A program made the position numbers and the translations under genes. From NCBI GenBank assembly GCA_964640545.1, contig CAZXHL010000006.1, forward strand, positions 1 to 54,922: a stretch of 54,922 nt of DNA, written 5' to 3'. Source of the stretch: an uncultured Bacteriovorax sp. Its GTDB lineage: Bacteria > Bdellovibrionota > UBA2428. This document shows positions 49,706 to 54,922 of this stretch, piece by piece; position 1 is the stretch's first letter; every line of letters starts with the position of its first letter. The notes under the pieces were generated by a model. The model was not told the origin of the DNA. It did no database searches and saw nothing but the letters and a program-made list of their open reading frames with translations.

Positions 49706-51223
49706 GTGCTATTTTTCACAATTCTTCTGCTGATTCTCTTTGTTCTGAGGTTATGGCTTAGCGGTTTTACAGGCATTCATCCCGATGAAGCTTACTATTG
49801 GGTCTGGTCTCTCGATCTGAAGCTAGGGTACCTTGATCACCCCCCCATGATCGCTTGGATCATTGCAGCGGGGAGATGGATCATCGAAACGATCTCCCCC
49901 AACTACCTCCAGTTAGAATACCCGGCTTTTTTCTCAGTCGTTAAACTTAAGGCCGGCCCCTTCTTTTTGAGCTGCGTAGCTACTCCAGTTCTCGTCGGGA
50001 AATGCATCGAGTGGGTTCAAAGAGCCCCGCTTCGAGTGACCCAAATGATTGTCCTCCTGGTGACTCCGCTTCTGTTTGTTGGTCCACAGATTGTGACTCC
50101 CGACACCCCTCTGTTTTTTTCCTGGACACTCTGCTTGCTCATGGCGATTAGACTTCAAAAAAGACGCTATTACAAAAATGATACAGGAGACTTGTCTCCC
50201 CCACTATGGTCCATAGCGGTCACCCTTGGAATCGCCATGGCATTTGCAGCCTACTCCAAATACACTGCCGTACTTCTTGCTTTTCTAGTATTGATTTCAG
50301 GCGCGGGTCTTTGGAATGCTATGATTTGTGCATTGGTTTGTAGTGTTCTCATTGCCCCCTATGTCTATTGGCTGGCAACTACTGGTGTAGCGGAAGAAGC
50401 TGGAATCTTCTTCCAGTTTGGCAACGCCATTGGCGATGTTCTGAAACCAAATAATTTTAAATTTGTTGGAGATCTCTGGGCTTCTCAAATCCTATTTTGG
50501 ACACCGATGATTTTTCTTGGAGTCTTCGGATTTCTTTTTACAGATGTTAGACGTTTCTTTCTATCCGACAAAAAACACCGTCTCTCTGGAACGTTATTCA
50601 TATGGGCCATTGCCCCACTAGTTCTCTTCTCTCTCACCGCCTTAAAAAGACCCGCCGAAGCTAATTGGCCCCTTGTCGGAGGCATTGCCGCCATCGTGAT
50701 GTGCGTGGCCAGACTTCGACTAAGAATGTTCTCTCTCACGCTACTCACGATTCAAAACGTTGCTATCATTTCAGTTGCGTGGCTTGTCCTAACTCAAGCG
50801 CCAAAACTCTCTGTATTTTTTGAGGACATTTCCCCGAGGGCTTCCGCCCTACTGGAAAAGCCTTCTAGGTTGCGCGAATTTGAGGGGTGGCCAAGACTTC
50901 ACACCCTACTCAAAGATGCTGTCCTCAATGAAGACTCCCCGATTGTTGTAGAAAGTTTTCAGATACTGTCATCGCTTTTATTTGTGAATTCCTCGCTAGA
51001 GGAAGAGAACAAGCTCAAGCTATATTTCTGGGAAGAAGGGTCGAGAAGAAGCGAATTCAATCGCACACCCAAATATCTTCTCGCAAAAGAAGAACTCAAC
51101 AAAGGACATTGGCTCCTCACAAGAGATCAGAAAAATGTTCCGGATTGTAGGCTCTACCAGGGACTGATCAAAAGTGTGTCGGAAGTGTATTTCCTCTATA
51201 CCTGCAAAGGTCTGAGGCCATAA
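49706..51223 (+). CDS. ArnT/PMT-like polyprenyl-sugar-dependent glycosyltransferase (GT-C fold)
   Basis: PDEAYYW.WS..L..GYLDHPPM, TPDTPL, SKYT, EANWP; multiple TM segments. Confidence 0.85.
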   Translation: MLFFTILLLILFVLRLWLSGFTGIHPDEAYYWVWSLDLKLGYLDHPPMIAWIIAAGRWIIETISPNYLQLEYPAFFSVVKLKAGPFFLSCVATPVLVGKCIEWVQRAPLRVTQMIVLLVTPLLFVGPQIVTPDTPLFFSWTLCLLMAIRLQKRRYYKNDTGDLSPPLWSIAVTLGIAMAFAAYSKYTAVLLAFLVLISGAGLWNAMICALVCSVLIAPYVYWLATTGVAEEAGIFFQFGNAIGDVLKPNNFKFVGDLWASQILFWTPMIFLGVFGFLFTDVRRFFLSDKKHRLSGTLFIWAIAPLVLFSLTALKRPAEANWPLVGGIAAIVMCVARLRLRMFSLTLLTIQNVAIISVAWLVLTQAPKLSVFFEDISPRASALLEKPSRLREFEGWPRLHTLLKDAVLNEDSPIVVESFQILSSLLFVNSSLEEENKLKLYFWEEGSRRSEFNRTPKYLLAKEELNKGHWLLTRDQKNVPDCRLYQGLIKSVSEVYFLYTCKGLRP

Positions 51224-51230
51224 AGCTTGA

Positions 51231-51447
51231 ACTGTGCGCGGTAAAAAGTGGAAAGCCCTAAAAGCTCAGGCTCTCAATCATTCTAAATATTTGGATTTGT
51301 TACTCAGGACAGGGGGAGCGCAGCCCCCCTCTGGCAAGTTGGCACTTGCCATTCACCCCCATAGTCCTAAGCACAAACCAACTATTTAGAATGATTGAGA
51401 ACCCGAACTACGGCTTTTATGGCTTTCCACTTTTTACCGCGCACAGT
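51231..51447 (-). repeat. Complete ~217 bp palindromic intergenic element (copy 4, core on minus strand)
   Basis: Arms ACTGTGCGCGGTAAAAAGTGGAAAGCC...CTCAATCATTCTAAATA / TATTTAGAATGATTGAG...GGCTTTCCACTTTTTACCGCGCACAGT; core 51306-51368. Confidence 0.92.
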
Positions 51448-51452
51448 TTTAG

Positions 51453-52571
51453 CTAAATCGTAATCTTCGATCTTCGCTTGAAGAGCCACCAATCGAGAAA
51501 CAATAAGAATAAATTAGGTGCTCCGATCACAATCCAGGCCATAATTTCATATTTAGAAAAGCTTGCAATTGAAGCACGCTGGTACCATGTCGCCATTGCA
51601 AAATATGCGGTCCAATAACCAATAACCACAACCAAGCCAATAGCCACCGCACGGTTTTTCGCCGTCCTTCTATTGTCTAAAGCCAATAGAAAGCTCAACG
51701 GCACAAACAACAAACAAGCCAATCCTACTGCAAATCTTCTTGCAATCTCGACCCAGTTGCCACGAGGATCCGCTCCAGATGTTTTCAACTCTTCCCGCTT
51801 TTCAATTAACGCTTGCCACCCCTGACTAGCTGGAGAATTTCGCCCACCTGCCATATCGACGGAATAATCTACAAACAACTTATATTCGTCAAAACGTATA
51901 CGTTGAATGCGATTGCTATCGTGATCTTGCACTAAGATCAACCCATCAAAAAGCCTTAGGCTACCAAGCCCGGAATCACTCCCTTCCCACCTTCCATGAC
52001 TAGCTGAAATGGAAGTGTTCTTGGTAAACGAGCTTTCATCATATAGAAAAACTCGTTTTAGCTCCTGGGTAAACGGATCAACCTCGTCCACAAAAACGAC
52101 CATTCCAAGAAAACCCTCAGCGAAAGTTCCAGACCGAAGAACATTGGTTACCTTCTTTCGATAAATCGTATCAATCGCAATTTCAAAATTACGGTTACCT
52201 TTTGGTCCTAAATCAAAAGAAACCCAGATGGATGCCATCGCAACAAGAACACCTAGAAAAAGACCAGGCTTCAACAGTCGTGCGGGCTCATACCCCATTG
52301 ACTGCAGTGCAAGTAACTCTCGATCAGAAGACATCCTTCCAAAAACGATCAATAAGGAGAATAGAAATGAAACGGGTAGAACAACCGGCAAAAAACTCAC
52401 ACAAAGACCAGCGACAAGCCTTAAGATCAAGCTCCAATCCAGGCCTTGACTCACAATCAGACCAGAAAGACGAATCCCCTGGAGGCCGAGCAAGACTAGT
52501 TCCGCAACGACAAGGCCGACCAGAAAAGTCTTTATGAGCTCTTTTAAGAAGTATTTATCTAACTTTGTCAT
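51453..52571 (-). CDS. lptF: LptF/LptG family LPS export permease
   Basis: LDKYFLKE, LPVSFL, GRMSSDRELLALQSMG; 3 TM, periplasmic domain, 3 TM. Confidence 0.82.
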   Translation of the reverse strand: MTKLDKYFLKELIKTFLVGLVVAELVLLGLQGIRLSGLIVSQGLDWSLILRLVAGLCVSFLPVVLPVSFLFSLLIVFGRMSSDRELLALQSMGYEPARLLKPGLFLGVLVAMASIWVSFDLGPKGNRNFEIAIDTIYRKKVTNVLRSGTFAEGFLGMVVFVDEVDPFTQELKRVFLYDESSFTKNTSISASHGRWEGSDSGLGSLRLFDGLILVQDHDSNRIQRIRFDEYKLFVDYSVDMAGGRNSPASQGWQALIEKREELKTSGADPRGNWVEIARRFAVGLACLLFVPLSFLLALDNRRTAKNRAVAIGLVVVIGYWTAYFAMATWYQRASIASFSKYEIMAWIVIGAPNLFLLFLDWWLFKRRSKITI

Positions 52572-52677
52572 TGATCTGTCAGTTTCTTGTCGCCTTAGTT
52601 TATCAAAGTGCCAGAATCTTTCTTCCCTCAGAAAATATTTTTTTTGCCAAATGCCAATATAGCGTAAAATAGAAAGA

Positions 52678-53310
52678 ATGAAGAGTGAACGGATTCTACT
52701 TCGATTGGCGCTTTTGACGGTATTTGTGTCGGGGCCTGCGTTCGCAGGTTACTTTGAGCTCTCCGGCAATGGATCTTATTACAAATACAACAACGGCCAA
52801 ACGCTAGGAGAAGCAAACAACACAACGGTCCAAAGACTTGGTGCGGGTATTGGATATAATTTCTTAGGCAATGCTTCTATCGAGTTCAAGTACACCAATT
52901 CAAAAAATACAGATAAGTATACTCAAGAGTCCCTAGGTGAATCTCGAATTTACCGAATCACTAGAACTTCGCAGTTCAACAATTACGGAATCAACCTCAT
53001 CCTCAATTTCGCAGACCGAAAGGCGAAGTTCCGCCCCTTTATCACCGGGGGATTGGGCTACATGATACGCGAAGATGGAATCACAGGCACCTACGAAGAC
53101 TCCGTGTTGCTCGACGGTCAGCAAGCCCTACAATTTGCCGAAGAAGATCCCGTAAAATCTATTTCGGCTGACGGTGGAATCGGCTTTAAAATCTATATCG
53201 TGGAGAGAATCGCGCTTGAGGGAAGCTTTAACGTCTTTGCCACAGACCTCGACAAAGAAGAAATTTACCTACACTATTCCGCAGCTGGCGGCTTACGAGT
53301 CGTATTCTAA
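52678..53310 (+). CDS. Outer-membrane beta-barrel protein
   Basis: Signal peptide AFA-G, RPFITGGLGY, C-terminal GLRVVF. Confidence 0.75.
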   Translation: MKSERILLRLALLTVFVSGPAFAGYFELSGNGSYYKYNNGQTLGEANNTTVQRLGAGIGYNFLGNASIEFKYTNSKNTDKYTQESLGESRIYRITRTSQFNNYGINLILNFADRKAKFRPFITGGLGYMIREDGITGTYEDSVLLDGQQALQFAEEDPVKSISADGGIGFKIYIVERIALEGSFNVFATDLDKEEIYLHYSAAGGLRVVF

Positions 53311-53313
53311 GCC

Positions 53314-54321
53314 ATGCCCCTTCGGATCCTGCTTCCACTTTCTTTGCTTTTGCTTTCGTGTCAACATAGTCTTCCGCATTACCTGGCCACCCAAGGCCTG
53401 CAACAAGGAGCTATGTATCTCAAGGCTCAACCCATTAAAAAACTTTTAGACACACCAAAAATATCTTCTCGTGAGAAAAAATACTTAAGCCTTTCTTTAG
53501 AAGTCTTAGATTTTGCCCAAAACAAGCTCGGAATGAAAACAGGCCGCGCCTATCAAAACTATTCAAGAATCCAAAAATCGGCCGTTACATGGGTCGTGGT
53601 AGCCGCTGAAAAGGCTGAGCTAAAAGCACATCTCTTTCATTACCCAATTCTCGGAGCTCTTCCTTATAGAGGCTATTTCAAAGAAGACGAAGCTAATGTT
53701 TTTGCGAAGCGGCTGAAAAAAATGGATCTCGACGTCATAGTAAGACCTGTAAGGGCTTATTCTAGCACGGGATGGTTAGCTGATCCCGTAATCACAACCA
53801 TGTTCACGAATGAACTGGAGTTTGTTGAGTTGTTATTTCATGAATTGCTTCATCTGCAATTCTACTGGGCAGGGCAAGCAGACTTCAATGAAGCCTTCGC
53901 AACCTGGTATTCCCAAAAAGCGACCCTAAAATTTCTACAAGAATCCAAGCACTTTAATCTAGGAAGCCCTAATGCCATCGCAGAATACCGAAGAATGTTG
54001 GAGCAAGATCACATCGGCCTCAAATCGACAGAAGCGGCCATTGCTTTTGCCGAGAGGGAATACAAAAATGTGAATTCTAGCAATGTGGAGTCAGTTCGAA
54101 GTCGTGTTTTTGAAGGTGTAAGAAATATCTATAGAGATGCTGGACTTCTGAAACTATCGGAATCCGAGTGGAACAATGCCAAAATTGTAAGCCTATCCAC
54201 TTACTCAAGACTCGTTCCTGAAATTGAGAAGCAATTCCAAAAATCAGGATTAGATTTCATTGAATTTACAAAACAAGTGATGAGCCTAGGCGAACAGTGG
54301 CCCACAACTTACACAAACTAA
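53314..54321 (+). CDS. Putative zinc aminopeptidase lipoprotein (DUF2265-like)
   Basis: Lipobox LLSC, PYRGYF, AYSSTGW.ADP, HELLH...FNEAFA zincin motif. Confidence 0.8.
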   Translation: MPLRILLPLSLLLLSCQHSLPHYLATQGLQQGAMYLKAQPIKKLLDTPKISSREKKYLSLSLEVLDFAQNKLGMKTGRAYQNYSRIQKSAVTWVVVAAEKAELKAHLFHYPILGALPYRGYFKEDEANVFAKRLKKMDLDVIVRPVRAYSSTGWLADPVITTMFTNELEFVELLFHELLHLQFYWAGQADFNEAFATWYSQKATLKFLQESKHFNLGSPNAIAEYRRMLEQDHIGLKSTEAAIAFAEREYKNVNSSNVESVRSRVFEGVRNIYRDAGLLKLSESEWNNAKIVSLSTYSRLVPEIEKQFQKSGLDFIEFTKQVMSLGEQWPTTYTN

Positions 54322-54327
54322 CGGGCA

Positions 54328-54921
54328 TTATGGGGCTACTACTACCACCGGGCCCGAGCTATCAATACTGTTGCCTGGCCCAATAGGAATTATCGCCGTA
54401 GCTGGCCGTGGTCCCGGCGGCGGTGGTGGTGGCGCCTCAGTAGCCGCATCTCGTACAATGTCCGTATAATTATCAAAATTTCCAGGCTGAACAATTCCTC
54501 CCCCAACAAAAGTCCCGTCCATCTTAACTGGTGAATCAGAATCATTCACACCTTCTCGAGCAACCGTTGTCGTGTATTGAATTCCACCCGTAGTGGCGGG
54601 CATAATTACCCCCCCCACATCACCTTTTCTGATCAACACGGTTTGAATGGGCGGTGCTTTGATAACCGGCTTCACAATTGGGCCACTATTATTCACCGGC
54701 TTCACATCAACCGCCGTATTCTGACGGCCCTCGACACCAACTGATGCTGGTCCACGCTTAAGCTTATTCGTCTCCGTCTGTTCATCTACAACAACAACCG
54801 TGTTTCCTTTTTCATCGAACTCCACACGTGAAACTTCTTCTCGCTTCACTCCATCAATGATAGGCCCTGCTTTTGCACTATCAGGACTGACTTGAGCTCC
54901 ACCGTCAGTATCAATCGGCAA
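54328..54921 (-). CDS. C-terminal part of a Pro/Val-rich hypothetical protein (5' end outside window)
   Basis: Open frame to the window edge; RGPAS motif; poly-Pro tract. Confidence 0.55.
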   Translation of the reverse strand: MPIDTDGGAQVSPDSAKAGPIIDGVKREEVSRVEFDEKGNTVVVVDEQTETNKLKRGPASVGVEGRQNTAVDVKPVNNSGPIVKPVIKAPPIQTVLIRKGDVGGVIMPATTGGIQYTTTVAREGVNDSDSPVKMDGTFVGGGIVQPGNFDNYTDIVRDAATEAPPPPPPGPRPATAIIPIGPGNSIDSSGPVVVVAP

Positions 54922-54922
54922 A

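Overview
Bacterial chromosomal window, roughly mid-40s % GC by eye. It is most consistent with a Bdellovibrionota/Oligoflexia-like deltaproteobacterium; this is inferred from gene content, many secreted or lipoprotein hypotheticals and recurrent R-x-P-A-S motifs. It is mostly core genes: cinA, an orphan CpaF/TadA ATPase, an OppA-like binding protein, uppP, sodA, a Crp/Fnr regulator, ftsE-ftsX-envC-like-ctpA, ligA, coaE, pgeF, rluD, a sigma54-driven flgFGAHIJMNKL operon followed by a MinD/FlhG-like ATPase and a J-domain/HTH protein, folD, gcvT-H-PA-PB, an ArnT-like glycosyltransferase and lptF. I saw no rRNA, tRNA, CRISPR array, integrase or transposase. The most striking unexplained feature is a dispersed family of ~220 bp intergenic palindromic elements: 1-96 (partial), 15607-15827, 29150-29369 and 51231-51447. 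They share ACTGTGCGC...GCGCACAGT termini, ~70 bp arms that diverge between copies but stay self-complementary, a 5-6 nt bulge on one arm, and a conserved branched core with a covarying hairpin. All three complete copies sit between convergent genes. Secondary signals are many leaderless or bidirectional promoter candidates, a candidate 17-aa micropeptide/sRNA unit, and several degenerate (pseudo)enzymes.
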